A stretch of 64,000 nucleotides of DNA. Origin: Nostoc sp. DedSLP01 (GTDB lineage: Bacteria > Cyanobacteriota > Cyanobacteriia > Cyanobacteriales > Nostocaceae). The translations under genes and the position numbers were made by a program. The notes below the pieces were generated by a model that saw nothing but the letters and a program-made list of their open reading frames with translations, was not told where the DNA came from and did no database searches. Positions 1 through 11,376 of this stretch are shown one piece after another. The stretch is from assembly GCA_034530875.2 (NCBI GenBank), contig JAVRCJ020000015.1, positions 112,744 to 176,743 on the forward strand. Reading direction: 5' to 3'. How positions within the stretch are numbered: the first letter of the stretch is position 1; each line of letters begins with the position of its first letter.

Positions 1-40
1 CAATTTAATCAAAATCTTTGCAACATCTCAATCAGTTGTA

Positions 41-234
41 CATTGGTGTCAACTTAACATGAAAGCAAAGTCTGATAAGCATTTCAAAATTTTTCGATGT
101 ACTACCTAGATTTTCGATCCCCCCTAACTCCCCTTGAAAAGGGGGGAACTAGAATCATTTGCCCTCTTTTTAAGGGGGTTGGGGGATCTAAAACTACGGT
201 AAATTGAGTGTTTGAGCTTAAGTTGACACCAATG
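41..234. mobile_element. MITE-like non-autonomous element with 17-bp terminal inverted repeats
   Basis: CATTGGTGTCAACTTAA (41-57) is the exact reverse complement of TTAAGTTGACACCAATG (218-234). It has an internal G/C-rich palindrome (CCCCCTAACTCCCCTTGAAAAGGGGG...TAAGGGGGTTGGGGG) and no ORF. Related ends occur at 6216-6409 and 61101. Confidence 0.7.
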
Positions 235-962
235 ACTGTACGCTTTTATCTTTGCCAACACTTCTTGTCTGTGCGCCAGTAAACTCCCGTGAATTCACGG
301 TAGCATTAAATGAGAATGAACTTACTGCTAAGTGCGATTGCCCCACGTCAATGACGCCAAAAATATTTTTTGTCTGCGATTAACAGTAAGTTTAATCTTG
401 ATTAGGTAATTAACAACACAATAATTGCTAATTGTTTTTACTATTTAACTAAGTTGTCTTTTTAACTTAATATTTATTTGGTTAGAATAGCAATATATGT
501 AAATATTGTTTCTTTTTTGTCTGCGTATTTTATAAAATTCATTTTTGCAAATTAATTTAGAAACCTTGTTTTTTCGTACTTATAAGCATCTTATTTGCTA
601 CTTTTGTAAAAAGTATGATAAAGTTTCTTAAGATACTTAAAGTTTAATTTACTAAATAACTACTTAATTTGGAGGAAAAAAACAAGTATCTTTACTGACA
701 TACATATCCTAGCCAGATGAAGTAGCGATCGCAAAAGCATTCACAGCAAAAACTAATTAGATTTCTGAATTGCAGAATTCTGAATTCTGATTTCTTTTTT
801 GACGAATTATTAATGATTAACCGTTTTTGGACGTTATTAAGTTACGAAACGATACTTTCTAGTAAAACTTAGTAACAAAATAACAGTCTAATTATGGGGA
901 TAACCCGACCGTGGGAAAATCAAAATACCGAAACCAGAAATTAGAGAGGAAAACCCTGTAAT

Positions 963-2870
963 ATGCATCTGAGCGAAATTACCCATCCCAATCAGTTGCA
1001 CGGTTTATCCGTTCGACAATTGCAACAAATTGCGCGTCAAATTCGAGATAAGCATCTTCAGACCGTAGCAGTTAATGGTGGACATTTGGGGCCAGGGTTG
1101 GGTGTCGTAGAATTAACACTAGGGCTTTATCAAACACTGGACTTAGATCGGGATAAAGTCATTTGGGATGTAGGACACCAAGCTTATCCCCATAAATTAC
1201 TTACAGGACGTTACGATCGCTTCCACACCCTCAGACAAAAAGATGGAGTTGCGGGTTATCTCAAACGCTGTGAAAACAAATTCGATCACTTTGGTGCTGG
1301 ACACGCTTCCACCAGCATCTCAGCGGCATTGGGAATGGCTTTAGCACGAGATTTAAAAGGCGAAAAATTCAAAGCCGTGGCTGTTATCGGCGATGGCGCG
1401 CTTACAGGCGGTATGGCTTTAGAAGCCATCAACCATGCCGGACACTTGCCGAAAACTAATTTGCTGGTTGTTCTCAACGACAACGAGATGTCTATATCTC
1501 CCAACGTAGGCGCAATTCCTCGCTATCTGAACAAAATGCGTCTCAGTCAACCAGTGCAATTCATTAAAGATAATCTTGAGGAACAGTTTAAACAAATTCC
1601 TTTCGTTGGTGAATCTCTGTCTCCCGAACTGGGACGCATCAAAGAAGGTATGAAACGCCTAGCTGTTCCTAAAGTTGGTGCAGTGTTTGAAGAACTCGGT
1701 TTTACCTACATCGGCCCGGTTGACGGACATAATTTAGAAGAATTAATTGCCACCTTCCAACAAGCACATCAAATCCCAGGCCCGGTTTTGGTACACGTGG
1801 CAACAGTCAAGGGTAAAGGTTATGAAATTGCCGAACAAGACCAAGTAGGTTACCACGCCCAAAGCCCCTTTAATGTAGCAACTGGCAAAGCTATTCCTTC
1901 TAGCAAACCCAAACCGCCAGCTTATGCCAAAGTTTTTGCTCACACTTTAGTAAAACTTGCCGAACAAAACCCCAAAATTATCGGCATTACCGCAGCAATG
2001 GCGACGGGAACGGGCTTAGATAAACTGCAAGCAAAACTGCCCAATCAATATGTAGATGTTGGCATTGCCGAACAACACGCAGTCACCTTAGCAGCAGGAC
2101 TAGCAGCCGAAGGTATGCGTCCCATCGCCGCGATTTATTCTACCTTCTTGCAACGCGCCTACGACCAAATAGTTCACGATGTCTGCATCCAAAATTTACC
2201 AGTCTTCTTCTGCTTAGATAGGGCGGGAATTGTTGGTGCTGACGGTCCCACCCACCAAGGTATGTATGACATTGCTTATCTACGTTGCATTCCTAACATG
2301 GTGCTGATGGCGCCCAAAGACGAAGCAGAACTGCAACGCATGTTAGTAACTGGCGTTAATTATACCAAGGGTCCCATCGCCATGCGTTACCCGCGTGGCA
2401 ATGGCTACGGCGTACCTTTGATGGAAGAAGGCTGGGAACCTTTGGAAATTGGCAAAAGCGAAATTCTGCGTACAGGCGATGATGTGTTAATCGTCGGCTA
2501 TGGCACAATGGTTAATTCTGGAATGCAAGCCGCGGAAATCTTAAGCGAACATGGCATTGAAGCAACTGTAATTAATGCCCGTTTTGCTAAGCCTTTGGAT
2601 ACCGAGTTAATATTGCCCTTAGCCCAAAAGATTGGACGCGTTATCACCTTAGAAGAAGGCTGCGTCATGGGTGGCTTTGGTAGTGCGATCGCTGAAGCTT
2701 TATTAGATGCAGATATTCTCGTTCCTGTCAAGCGTTTTGGCGTACCAGATATATTAGTAGACCATGCCGAACCCAATGAATCGAAAGCAGACTTAGGTTT
2801 AACTAGTCATCAAATAGCAGAGAGAGTTTTAGAAGCTTTCTTTAAACAGCAAGTATCTGCTGTTGTTTAG
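963..2870 (+). CDS. dxs: 1-deoxy-D-xylulose-5-phosphate synthase
   Basis: [28 protein letters not shown] motif [18 protein letters not shown]...[26 protein letters not shown]. Confidence 0.98.
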   Translation: MHLSEITHPNQLHGLSVRQLQQIARQIRDKHLQTVAVNGGHLGPGLGVVELTLGLYQTLDLDRDKVIWDVGHQAYPHKLLTGRYDRFHTLRQKDGVAGYLKRCENKFDHFGAGHASTSISAALGMALARDLKGEKFKAVAVIGDGALTGGMALEAINHAGHLPKTNLLVVLNDNEMSISPNVGAIPRYLNKMRLSQPVQFIKDNLEEQFKQIPFVGESLSPELGRIKEGMKRLAVPKVGAVFEELGFTYIGPVDGHNLEELIATFQQAHQIPGPVLVHVATVKGKGYEIAEQDQVGYHAQSPFNVATGKAIPSSKPKPPAYAKVFAHTLVKLAEQNPKIIGITAAMATGTGLDKLQAKLPNQYVDVGIAEQHAVTLAAGLAAEGMRPIAAIYSTFLQRAYDQIVHDVCIQNLPVFFCLDRAGIVGADGPTHQGMYDIAYLRCIPNMVLMAPKDEAELQRMLVTGVNYTKGPIAMRYPRGNGYGVPLMEEGWEPLEIGKSEILRTGDDVLIVGYGTMVNSGMQAAEILSEHGIEATVINARFAKPLDTELILPLAQKIGRVITLEEGCVMGGFGSAIAEALLDADILVPVKRFGVPDILVDHAEPNESKADLGLTSHQIAERVLEAFFKQQVSAVV

Positions 2871-2889
2871 CTAATTCTTGGTAATTACG

Positions 2890-2938
2890 AATCGCCCACA
2901 TCTGAGTAAATTGTATTTACTTAGGCGTGGGCGATTTG
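2890..2938 (+). terminator. Long hairpin downstream of dxs (terminator or stability hairpin)
   Basis: AATCGCCCACATCTGAGTAAA pairs with TTTACTTAGGCGTGGGCGATT just after the stop codon; the U-tract is weak. Confidence 0.5.
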
Positions 2939-3191
2939 CTGAGGAAAAGTTTGCAAACAGAATATGAATCTGCTTCAAACGCTTACACTTGAATGTTCTT
3001 ATCCATGTATTAATATTTAATGGAATAATTTAAACTTCAGTTTAATATTTCTAGATTAAATCTTTATTTTATGATTTAATAAAGACTTGCTCCCTATTTA
3101 ATGTCTTTATAAAGAATCGCTAAAAGGCTAAACTGGCGAAAGTTCTGCATTTAAATAAATATCCCTTTTGAGAATAGATAAATTATCAAAT

Positions 3192-6005
3192 ATGAAATTT
3201 ATTCTTGAATCTGCCCTGGCGCTGACATACAATCAACTGGGCAAGTTTTCTAATTCAGAAAATTTCTGGAATATATTCGCTACTGCCTTTGGTACGCAAT
3301 ACGATCGCACTATCGCTCAAACAGTGCGATCGCAATCGCAAGTGGGTGACTTTAGCCAGCTTCCTAAAATTGAGATAATTGATAGTGGCATCTTAGGTAA
3401 TGCTAACGGCGTTTATGCTAGCAGTACAAATAAGATTTATCTCTCAGAAAAATTTGTATCAACTGCAACACCAGCATTAATTAGTGCAGTTCTCTTAGAG
3501 GAAATTGGACATTTTGTTGATGCTCAAATCAATCAAAAAGATCCTTTATCTGATGAAGGCGAACTTTTCTCAGCTTTGGTGCGAGGACAGAATTTAACTA
3601 ATCGGAATTTAGAGAGAATCAAAGCAGAAAATGATTGGCAAACTATTACTATTGCAGACCAAAATATTGCTGTAGAACAAGCAACAGCCCTGAATTTTTC
3701 TGTCACCTTTAACGATCCTTCAGGAACATTTTCTTCCTATTACTCTGCAATCCAATCTCACATATTAGCTGCTGGATCGTATTGGGACAACTATATTGAA
3801 GGTAATGCTAACTTAGAGGTAATTGTTAATTTTACTAACCCTGGCATCACAGTTACAGGCAGAAGTTTTACTTCATCTTTTGTACGTAATAACGGCACAT
3901 TTAACATATACGAACAAGGTGCAACAGCAGAAATTCGTACAGGAAACGATCCCAACGGCGTCGAACCTGACATCGAATTCAATTTCAATGCTGATTATTT
4001 AAGAAATGAACTCTGGTTTGATTCCGATCCCTTAGCACGAATTACTCCTGTACCAAATGATAGAACAGATGCTCTTTCTGTATTGCTCCACGAATTTGGT
4101 CATGCCTTTGCTTTCAATGGATGGAGAAATTCTTTTAACGGAACATTCCCAGGAGATTATCAATCCACATTTGACGAACAAACTATTTTTGATGGTAACA
4201 ATTTCTTCTTTGTAGGAACTCAAGCAACAAGTGTTTATGGTTCTTTTGTGCCAGTGACATTTGGTAACGCCACTCATATTGGTAACGACTCCCCCAGACC
4301 AGGGAGCGATTTGATTTCCGATCTCATGAATGGTGTAGTATATTATCGCGGAAATCGCTACAACATTTCCCCGCTTGACATTGCCATATTAAAAGACTCC
4401 GGCGTACCCATCGCTGCTACCACTAGCAACATTACTCTTGCTGTCAACCCCGTTAATGTTAATGAAGACGGAAGCAGCAATTTAGTTTACACCTTCACAA
4501 GAAGCGGCAGCACCACCAATGCTTTAACTGTGAATTATGGTGTTGGTGGCACAGCTACTTTTAACAGCGACTACACCCAAACTGGTGCAGCAACTTTCAA
4601 TGGCACCACAGGCACTATTACCTTTGCAGCAGGTGCAACTACAGTAAATTTAATTATCGATCCCATAGCAGACACTACTAATGAAAGTAATGAAACTGTT
4701 GCTTTAACTTTAAATATCGGCACTGGTTACACCATTGGTACAACAACACCCGTTACCGGAACCATTACCAATGATGATTTACTATCCATCAACCTGGGTG
4801 CTAATCAAACAATAGTCGAGGGTAACACCAGTCCTCAAAATGTTAGTTACAAAGTTAGTCTTTCCCAAGCCAGCAGCAAAACTATTACCGTCCAATATGC
4901 CACTGCTAACGGTACAGCAAGAGCAGGGTTAGATTATACCAACACCAGCGGAACCTTGACTTTCAACCCAGGTGAAACCAGTAAAGTTATTAATATTCCT
5001 ATTCTCAATGATTCCCTCAATGAAGCAAATGAAACCTTTACCCTAAATCTGGCTTCTCCTACCAATGCCAGCCTTGGTACAACCAAAAGTGTTACTACAA
5101 CCATAACCGATACCCTGACTGCTTCTGCCACCACGACTTTGCCAACCAACGTCGAAAATCTCACCCTCACAGGAACGGCAGCAATTAACGGTACCGGGAA
5201 TGCAGGCAATAATATTCTCAAAGGTAACAGTGGTAATAATATCCTCTCCGGTGGTGCTGGAAATGACACTTATTCTTTTCTAGCTAACAGTCCTTTGGGA
5301 ACGGACACAATTAGAGAAACCACGACAGGCGGCACTGATACTATTGACTTTAGCGGTACTACAGCTGCGGTCAACGTCAATTTAGGTTTAACCACCTCGC
5401 AAACTGTTAATAGCAATCTCAAACTCATCCTCTCTGCCAACAACGTCATCGAAAGGGTAACAGGTGGCACAGGTAACGACCGTTTAACTGGTAATTCCTT
5501 GAATAACAACCTAATTGGCGGGAATGGAAATGACCAACTCCAAGGTTTAGATGGAAATGACAACCTTCAAGGAGGTAGTGGTAATGATACTCTAATAGGT
5601 GGAGCTGGTGACGATATTCTCTGGGGAGAGTTGGGTAATGATATTCTCACAGGCAACGCCGGCAAGGATAAATATCAGTTTCAAGGTAATGGAGTTTTTA
5701 ACTCAAGTTTAGGTGATGATTACATTACTCAGTTTGAAGTGGGGCAAGACCAAATTGTACTGAGTAAAAGCACCTTTAATGCTATTACTAATAACGTAGG
5801 GCAGACTTTCACAGACTTTGCAGTTGTGAGTGAAAATAAATTTGTCAACGCTAGTAAAGCACATATTGTTTATAGCAAAAGCACTGGCAGCTTATTCTAT
5901 AACCAAGATGGAAATCTGCTAGGTACAGGAACAGTGTTTGACTTTGCTACTATCGGCAATCCTAATATTACTTTGAGTAGTAGCAATTTCAGTCTCATTG
6001 CTTAG
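3192..6005 (+). CDS. Secreted Calx-beta / RTX (hemolysin-type Ca-binding) protein with a zinc-metalloprotease-like domain
   Basis: N-terminal LLEEIGHFVD region, HEFGH zinc motif, two Calx-beta-like repeats (TITFAAG..., TLTFNPGET...NETFTLNL) and many GGxGxD nonapeptides. ATG at 3192 chosen over TTG at 3168. Confidence 0.85.
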   Translation: MKFILESALALTYNQLGKFSNSENFWNIFATAFGTQYDRTIAQTVRSQSQVGDFSQLPKIEIIDSGILGNANGVYASSTNKIYLSEKFVSTATPALISAVLLEEIGHFVDAQINQKDPLSDEGELFSALVRGQNLTNRNLERIKAENDWQTITIADQNIAVEQATALNFSVTFNDPSGTFSSYYSAIQSHILAAGSYWDNYIEGNANLEVIVNFTNPGITVTGRSFTSSFVRNNGTFNIYEQGATAEIRTGNDPNGVEPDIEFNFNADYLRNELWFDSDPLARITPVPNDRTDALSVLLHEFGHAFAFNGWRNSFNGTFPGDYQSTFDEQTIFDGNNFFFVGTQATSVYGSFVPVTFGNATHIGNDSPRPGSDLISDLMNGVVYYRGNRYNISPLDIAILKDSGVPIAATTSNITLAVNPVNVNEDGSSNLVYTFTRSGSTTNALTVNYGVGGTATFNSDYTQTGAATFNGTTGTITFAAGATTVNLIIDPIADTTNESNETVALTLNIGTGYTIGTTTPVTGTITNDDLLSINLGANQTIVEGNTSPQNVSYKVSLSQASSKTITVQYATANGTARAGLDYTNTSGTLTFNPGETSKVINIPILNDSLNEANETFTLNLASPTNASLGTTKSVTTTITDTLTASATTTLPTNVENLTLTGTAAINGTGNAGNNILKGNSGNNILSGGAGNDTYSFLANSPLGTDTIRETTTGGTDTIDFSGTTAAVNVNLGLTTSQTVNSNLKLILSANNVIERVTGGTGNDRLTGNSLNNNLIGGNGNDQLQGLDGNDNLQGGSGNDTLIGGAGDDILWGELGNDILTGNAGKDKYQFQGNGVFNSSLGDDYITQFEVGQDQIVLSKSTFNAITNNVGQTFTDFAVVSENKFVNASKAHIVYSKSTGSLFYNQDGNLLGTGTVFDFATIGNPNITLSSSNFSLIA

Positions 6006-6038
6006 TAGGATGCCAAGGGAAGCAGCATGAATAGCCAT

Positions 6039-6067
6039 GTAGAGACGTTGCATTGCAACGTCTCTAC
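6039..6067. repeat. Short palindromic dispersed repeat (SDR/REP-like)
   Basis: GTAGAGACGTTGCATTGCAACGTCTCTAC; a similar copy GTAGAGGCGTAGCAATGCTATGTCTCTAC starts at 58440. Confidence 0.7.
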
Positions 6068-6176
6068 TACAATAATTTTGATATCATGCACAATAGTTTT
6101 CATACATGAAATCAGCAACGCTTTCAAAATTATTAACCGAGTAATATTGAGTTTCCCTTACAGAATTAGAGAAATT

Positions 6177-6468
6177 ATACCAATTAAAAAAAGAATACGT
6201 AGGGGCGCACAGCGTCATACGTGTCAACTTAAGCTTAAACTCTTATCCCACAGGCGTTTTACCCCACCCCTCAATCCCCTCCCCTTGGCAAGGGGAGGGG
6301 AGGTTTTGGCTTGAGACAAAACCGGGGTGGGGTAACGTGGATCTTGATGGTAAGTGAGATAGCTCAATATCACATCTTTACAAGCTTTCACGTTAAGTTG
6401 ACACGTATGACAGCTGTAAAGCCCCTACAAACAATCGATGCATCACAAAACTTGTTGAAATTGGTATT
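6177..6468. mobile_element. Nested MITE-like composite
   Basis: The inner TIR pair CATACGTGTCAACTTAA (6216-6232) / TTAAGTTGACACGTATG (6393-6409) splits the palindrome GTAGGGGCGCACAGC...ACAGCTGTAAAGCCCCTAC. Both sit inside outer ends ATACCAATT...AATTGGTAT. Confidence 0.7.
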
Positions 6469-6484
6469 TTTTCTTGAAATTATC

Positions 6485-6808
6485 TTAACTACCTTCACCA
6501 ATAGCAATAAAATTAAAAGCAGACTTTTCTTTTGTCACTGCCAAATCTGGAGAAGCTGCGCTTGATTGTTGCTTAATTCCTAAATCCCAAATATTAACTT
6601 GAGCTTTATTTCTAGTTATATCCTTAACAATAATTTGATTATCAGCACCCCAATCTTTTAAAGTAGCTACAACGCTGGGAGGTTCAGCAAAAGCTTCTGA
6701 AAAACTAATTACATAAGTTCCTGTTTCCGGCGATTGGACTTCAAAACCTTGTCCGCTTTGTTTGCTGCCGTCGTCTGCAACTGTTCCGTAAATAATTTTT
6801 TGGGACAT
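6485..6808 (-). CDS. Small beta-rich hypothetical protein, H-type-lectin / tail-fibre-tip-like
   Basis: 107 aa with ATG and an AAAAGGTG RBS-like sequence. The motif ISFSEAFAEPPSVVAT resembles the I-x-F-x3-F-x2-PP-x-V signature of H-type lectin-like domains. Confidence 0.6.
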   Translation of the reverse strand: MSQKIIYGTVADDGSKQSGQGFEVQSPETGTYVISFSEAFAEPPSVVATLKDWGADNQIIVKDITRNKAQVNIWDLGIKQQSSAASPDLAVTKEKSAFNFIAIGEGS

Positions 6809-7153
6809 TTTTGCACCTTTTTACTTTAGTTTGTATTGACTTGCTAAACTTAGATTTGCGACAAATGACTTGTACTCAAGACCAGCGAAAGCTACTTGAA
6901 GTTCAGCCTGGCGATCGCAGTGTTTCAGCATTGCTTCACTTCAAACAATACACAATATTGTGAGTCAAAACTTAGCCTATTTTATTTATTTCATCAGAGT
7001 ATATAAAATTTTAATTATGATTAAATTTTGCTAAAATTAAATAAATCCAGAATTTGAAATCCAATGTAATTTTGCAATACAAGAACTGCTTTGATTTCAA
7101 TCTGTAAAAAGTTATTATTCTATCAACAAAGTTAAAAAATATTGCCCTTTTTT

Positions 7154-8215
7154 ATGGCAGATTCTACAAACCAGATATATCCAGTTATTTGGCACAATGA
7201 CTCAGTGTCACTAATTGACCAAACTCGCCTACCCAACGAATATACATCCGTGGAAATTCACCGCAGTGAAGATATGGCGCGGGCAATAAAAACCATGATT
7301 GTGCGGGGTGCGCCTGCAATTGGCGTGGCTGCGGCTTATGGCATGTATCTTGGTGCAAGAGAAATTCAGACAAGCGATCGCCAAGAATTTTTGCAACACT
7401 TAGATAAAGTTGCCGAACTGTTGCGTTCTACTCGTCCCACAGCAGTAAACTTATTTTGGGCAATTAGCCGGATGTTGAAAACTGCCTACGAAACCTTGGG
7501 AACGGTAGAAGAAACCAAACAAATGCTGTTGGAAACAGCCCAAGCAATCAAAACTGAAGATTTGCAAACCTGTAAAGCGATCGGCGACAATGCTTTAAAA
7601 GTCTTGCCTGCTAACCCTCAAAAGCTGACATTGCTTACTCACTGTAACGCTGGGGCATTAGCTACAGCTGGTTACGGTACAGCTTTGGGCGTCGTGCGTT
7701 CTGCTTGGAGACAAGGACGTTTAGAGCGTTTGTTTGCCGACGAAACCCGGCCGCGTTTGCAAGGCGCAAAACTCACTGCTTGGGAATGCGTCCAAGAAGG
7801 TATTCCCGTAACATTAATTACTGATAACATGGCAGCCCATTGCATGAAACAGGGACTAATTCATGCTGTAGTTGTGGGTGCCGATCGCATTGCCGCTAAC
7901 GGCGACACTGCTAATAAAATTGGTACTTATAGCGTGGCGATCGCTGCTAAAGCACATAATATACCCTTCTTCGTCGCCGCACCGCTTTCCACCGTTGATT
8001 TTGAATTAGCCGATGGCAGCAAAATTCCCATTGAAGAACGCGATCCCACAGAAATCTATCAAGTCGGCGATACGATGCTCGCGCCTAGTGGTGTAGATTT
8101 TTACAATCCCGCCTTTGATGTCACCCCAGCCGAATTGATTACAGCCATCATTACAGAAAACGGAGCGATCGCACCTCGCGAATTGGCAAAATCGCAATTA
8201 GAGCAGGTAGTGTAA
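7154..8215 (+). CDS. mtnA: S-methyl-5-thioribose-1-phosphate isomerase
   Basis: [63 protein letters not shown]. Confidence 0.97.
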   Translation: MADSTNQIYPVIWHNDSVSLIDQTRLPNEYTSVEIHRSEDMARAIKTMIVRGAPAIGVAAAYGMYLGAREIQTSDRQEFLQHLDKVAELLRSTRPTAVNLFWAISRMLKTAYETLGTVEETKQMLLETAQAIKTEDLQTCKAIGDNALKVLPANPQKLTLLTHCNAGALATAGYGTALGVVRSAWRQGRLERLFADETRPRLQGAKLTAWECVQEGIPVTLITDNMAAHCMKQGLIHAVVVGADRIAANGDTANKIGTYSVAIAAKAHNIPFFVAAPLSTVDFELADGSKIPIEERDPTEIYQVGDTMLAPSGVDFYNPAFDVTPAELITAIITENGAIAPRELAKSQLEQVV

Positions 8216-8414
8216 ACCACACTTTCCGTTGAAACAACACACTCTTAAAATTTAATTTTTCTCTGTGTACTCTGTGTCTGTGGGTTTAAAAATAATTTAC
8301 TGAACTACTCCAAATGCAGAGTACACTGAGTAATTTCTTTTCGACAATTGAAAATACCCCAATTAGTACAGGCGCAATTAATCGCGTCTGTACCTAATCC
8401 CTCTATTTCTTGCC

Positions 8415-9083
8415 ATGACTCAACAGCAATGGACTGAGGTTGACAGTTATCTCACTGACCTGTTTGTGCCTCCCGATCCCGTGCTAGATGCGGCACTTGA
8501 AGCGAGTGCTGCGGCTGGTTTACCACCGCACAACGTTTCGCCCAATCAAGGTAAGCTTTTGCTACTATTGGCACAACTCCAACGGGCACGCACTATCCTT
8601 GAAATTGGTACTCTAGGCGGCTACAGTACAATTTGGTTGGCGCGGGCGTTACCAAAGGACGGTTACTTGATGACGCTGGAAGCCGATGCCAAACACGCCG
8701 AGGTTGCCGAGAGCAACATTGCACGCGCAGGTCTTGGCGATGTAGTCGAGTTGCGCCTTGGAAAAGCACTTTCTACACTGCCAGAACTTGCTGCCGAAAA
8801 TCGCAGGTTCGATTTGATATTTATCGACGCCGACAAGCCAAACAATCCCGATTACCTAGCTTGGGCGTTGAAACTTTCCCGTCGAGGTAGCTTGATTATT
8901 GCCGATAATGTCGTCCGCAACGGAGCAGTAATCGACACTGCCAGTAGCGATGCTAGCATTCAAGGAGTGCGCCGTTTCAACGAACTGCTGGCCTCTGAGC
9001 CGCGTGTGAGTGCTACTGCCCTGCAAACAGTCGGTAGTAAAGGATACGACGGTTTTGCGATCGCCTTGGTTGTAGCTGACTAG
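8415..9083 (+). CDS. Class I SAM-dependent O-methyltransferase (CCoAOMT / Methyltransf_3 family)
   Basis: ILEIGTLGGYSTIWLA, DLIFIDADK, IIADNV, YDGF. Confidence 0.92.
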   Translation: MTQQQWTEVDSYLTDLFVPPDPVLDAALEASAAAGLPPHNVSPNQGKLLLLLAQLQRARTILEIGTLGGYSTIWLARALPKDGYLMTLEADAKHAEVAESNIARAGLGDVVELRLGKALSTLPELAAENRRFDLIFIDADKPNNPDYLAWALKLSRRGSLIIADNVVRNGAVIDTASSDASIQGVRRFNELLASEPRVSATALQTVGSKGYDGFAIALVVAD

Positions 9084-9273
9084 CAGAGGACGCAAGGGAA
9101 GAATAACTCATAACTCCTAACTCAACACCCAACGCTCTCAGACTTGTGTAGTTTTTAATTTGGCAGAATGCCGAGGCTAAACAGCCCAGCGATCGCTACA
9201 TTAGAAGATATATAAATAAATATATAGATGAAAATCATTGTTGATTTTTATTCATCGCGGTTCACAGAAAAAC

Positions 9274-11376
9274 ATGAGTGCAAGTACCATTCTTATTGAC
9301 AATCCTTTACTCCAAGGCAACGGTCTACCTCGCTTTGCAGAGATTAAACCAGAACGAGTAGTACCAGCTTTTACGCAATTGCTAGCAGAACTCGACCAGG
9401 AGCTTAGTGTTTTAGAGGCTAATGTACAGCCTACTTGGGAAGGTTTAGTAGAACCTTTAGAAAAGCTCACTGAAAGGCTGACTTGGAGTTGGGGAGTAGT
9501 AAATCACTTAATGGGCGTGAAAAATAGCCCTGAACTGCGTGAAGCTCATGAAACCATACAGCCACAGGTAGTACAATTCATTAACAAGCTCGGTCAAAGC
9601 CAACCAATATACACTGCTTTTAAAGCACTCCGTGGTAGCGAGAGTTGGGCAACTTTAGAACCAGCCCAACAAAGAATTGTAGAAGCCGCCATCCGAGATG
9701 CAGAACTTTCTGGTGTTGGCTTAGAAGGAGAAGCAAGAGAGCGTTTCAATGTCATTCAAATGGAATTAGCAGAACTTTCTACGAAGTTCTCCAACCATGT
9801 ACTAGATGCGACTAAAGCTTTTAGCCTCACCCTGACAACAAAAGCAGAAATTGACGGTCTACCCCCAAGCTTAGTAAGTTTAGCAGCGCAAGCTGCTCGT
9901 GAGGCTGGTGAAATCAACGCCACACCAGAAAATGGCCCTTGGCGCATTACTCTGGACTTCCCCAGTTACGGCCCTTTCATGCAGCACAGCACGCGCCGAG
10001 ATTTACGTGAAAAGCTTTACAAAGCTTACATTACCCGCGCTTCTAGCGACGATTTAGACAACAACCCATTAATCAAGCGGATTTTGGAATTACGGCAAGA
10101 ACTCGCAGATTTACTTGGCTTTGGCAGTTATGCCGAGTTGAGCCTTGCCAGTAAAATGGCTCCTAATGTTGAAGCAGTCGAAGCATTATTAGAAGAACTA
10201 CGTCAAGCCAGTTATAATGCTGCTGTCAAAGACTTAGAAGAACTCCAAGCTTTTGCCGCGTCGTCAGGAAAAGAAGATCGAGATTTAAAACAGTGGGATA
10301 TTAGCTTTTGGGCAGAACGCCAACGAGAAGCAAAATTTGCCTTTACTGCCGAAGAATTACGTCCTTATTTTCCCCTACCTCAAGTACTAGATGGCTTATT
10401 TGGACTTGTCAAACGTTTGTTTGGCGTCACTGTCACCCCTGCCGACGGTCAAGCCCCGGTATGGCATGAGGATGTGCGTTATTTCCAAATTGCTGATGAA
10501 ACTGGTTCTCCCATTGCTTACTTCTACTTAGACCCATACAGCCGTCCCGCAGAAAAACGCGGCGGTGCTTGGATGGATGTGTGCATCAATCGTGCCAAAG
10601 TTAGAGAAAACGGTATCAGTGTCATCCGCTTACCTGTAAGTTATTTGATATGTAACCAAACTCCGCCAGTAGATGGCAAACCGAGTTTGATGACTTTCTA
10701 TGAAGTAGAAACTCTATTTCACGAGTTTGGTCATGGATTGCACCACATGCTAACCAGGATTGATTATGCTGGAGCCGCAGGCATCAACAATGTAGAATGG
10801 GACGCAGTAGAACTACCTAGCCAGTTTATGGAAAACTGGTGCTACGAGCGACAAACTTTATTCGGTATGGCGAAGCATTACCAAACCGGGGAAGCTCTAC
10901 CAGAACATTATTATCAAAAACTGCTGGCAGCCCGTAATTATATGAGTGGTACCGCCATGTTACGGCAGCTACACTTTAGCACCGTTGATTTAGAACTACA
11001 TCACCGCTATCGTCCCAATGGCGATGAAACTCCAGCTGATGTACGTCAACGCATAGCTAAGACTACTACCGTTTTACCACCACTTCCAGAGGACTCAATG
11101 TTATGTGCCTTCGGACACATATTTGAAGGTGGTTATGCGGCTGGTTATTACAGCTATAAATGGGCTGAAGTACTGAGCGCTGATGCTTTTGCTGCTTTTG
11201 AAGAAGCTGGGCTAGAAAATGAAGAGGCGATAAAAGCTACAGGCAGACGCTATCGAGATACTATCCTGGCACTTGGTGGCGGACAACATCCAATGGAAGT
11301 GTTTAAAACTTTCCGGGGTCGCGAACCAAGTACGATCGCTTTACTTAGACACAATGGTTTAGTCAAGGCTGAGTAG
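9274..11376 (+). CDS. prlC: Oligopeptidase A (peptidase M3)
   Basis: HEFGHGLHHML zinc motif, WDAVELPSQFMENW, GYAAGYYSYKWAEVL, KRGGAWM; ATG at 9274. Confidence 0.95.
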   Translation: MSASTILIDNPLLQGNGLPRFAEIKPERVVPAFTQLLAELDQELSVLEANVQPTWEGLVEPLEKLTERLTWSWGVVNHLMGVKNSPELREAHETIQPQVVQFINKLGQSQPIYTAFKALRGSESWATLEPAQQRIVEAAIRDAELSGVGLEGEARERFNVIQMELAELSTKFSNHVLDATKAFSLTLTTKAEIDGLPPSLVSLAAQAAREAGEINATPENGPWRITLDFPSYGPFMQHSTRRDLREKLYKAYITRASSDDLDNNPLIKRILELRQELADLLGFGSYAELSLASKMAPNVEAVEALLEELRQASYNAAVKDLEELQAFAASSGKEDRDLKQWDISFWAERQREAKFAFTAEELRPYFPLPQVLDGLFGLVKRLFGVTVTPADGQAPVWHEDVRYFQIADETGSPIAYFYLDPYSRPAEKRGGAWMDVCINRAKVRENGISVIRLPVSYLICNQTPPVDGKPSLMTFYEVETLFHEFGHGLHHMLTRIDYAGAAGINNVEWDAVELPSQFMENWCYERQTLFGMAKHYQTGEALPEHYYQKLLAARNYMSGTAMLRQLHFSTVDLELHHRYRPNGDETPADVRQRIAKTTTVLPPLPEDSMLCAFGHIFEGGYAAGYYSYKWAEVLSADAFAAFEEAGLENEEAIKATGRRYRDTILALGGGQHPMEVFKTFRGREPSTIALLRHNGLVKAE

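Noticed and set aside
6027..6565. ORFs 6027-6314 and 6311-6565
   Set aside because: They are translations of palindromic and MITE sequence and partly antisense to a better ORF.
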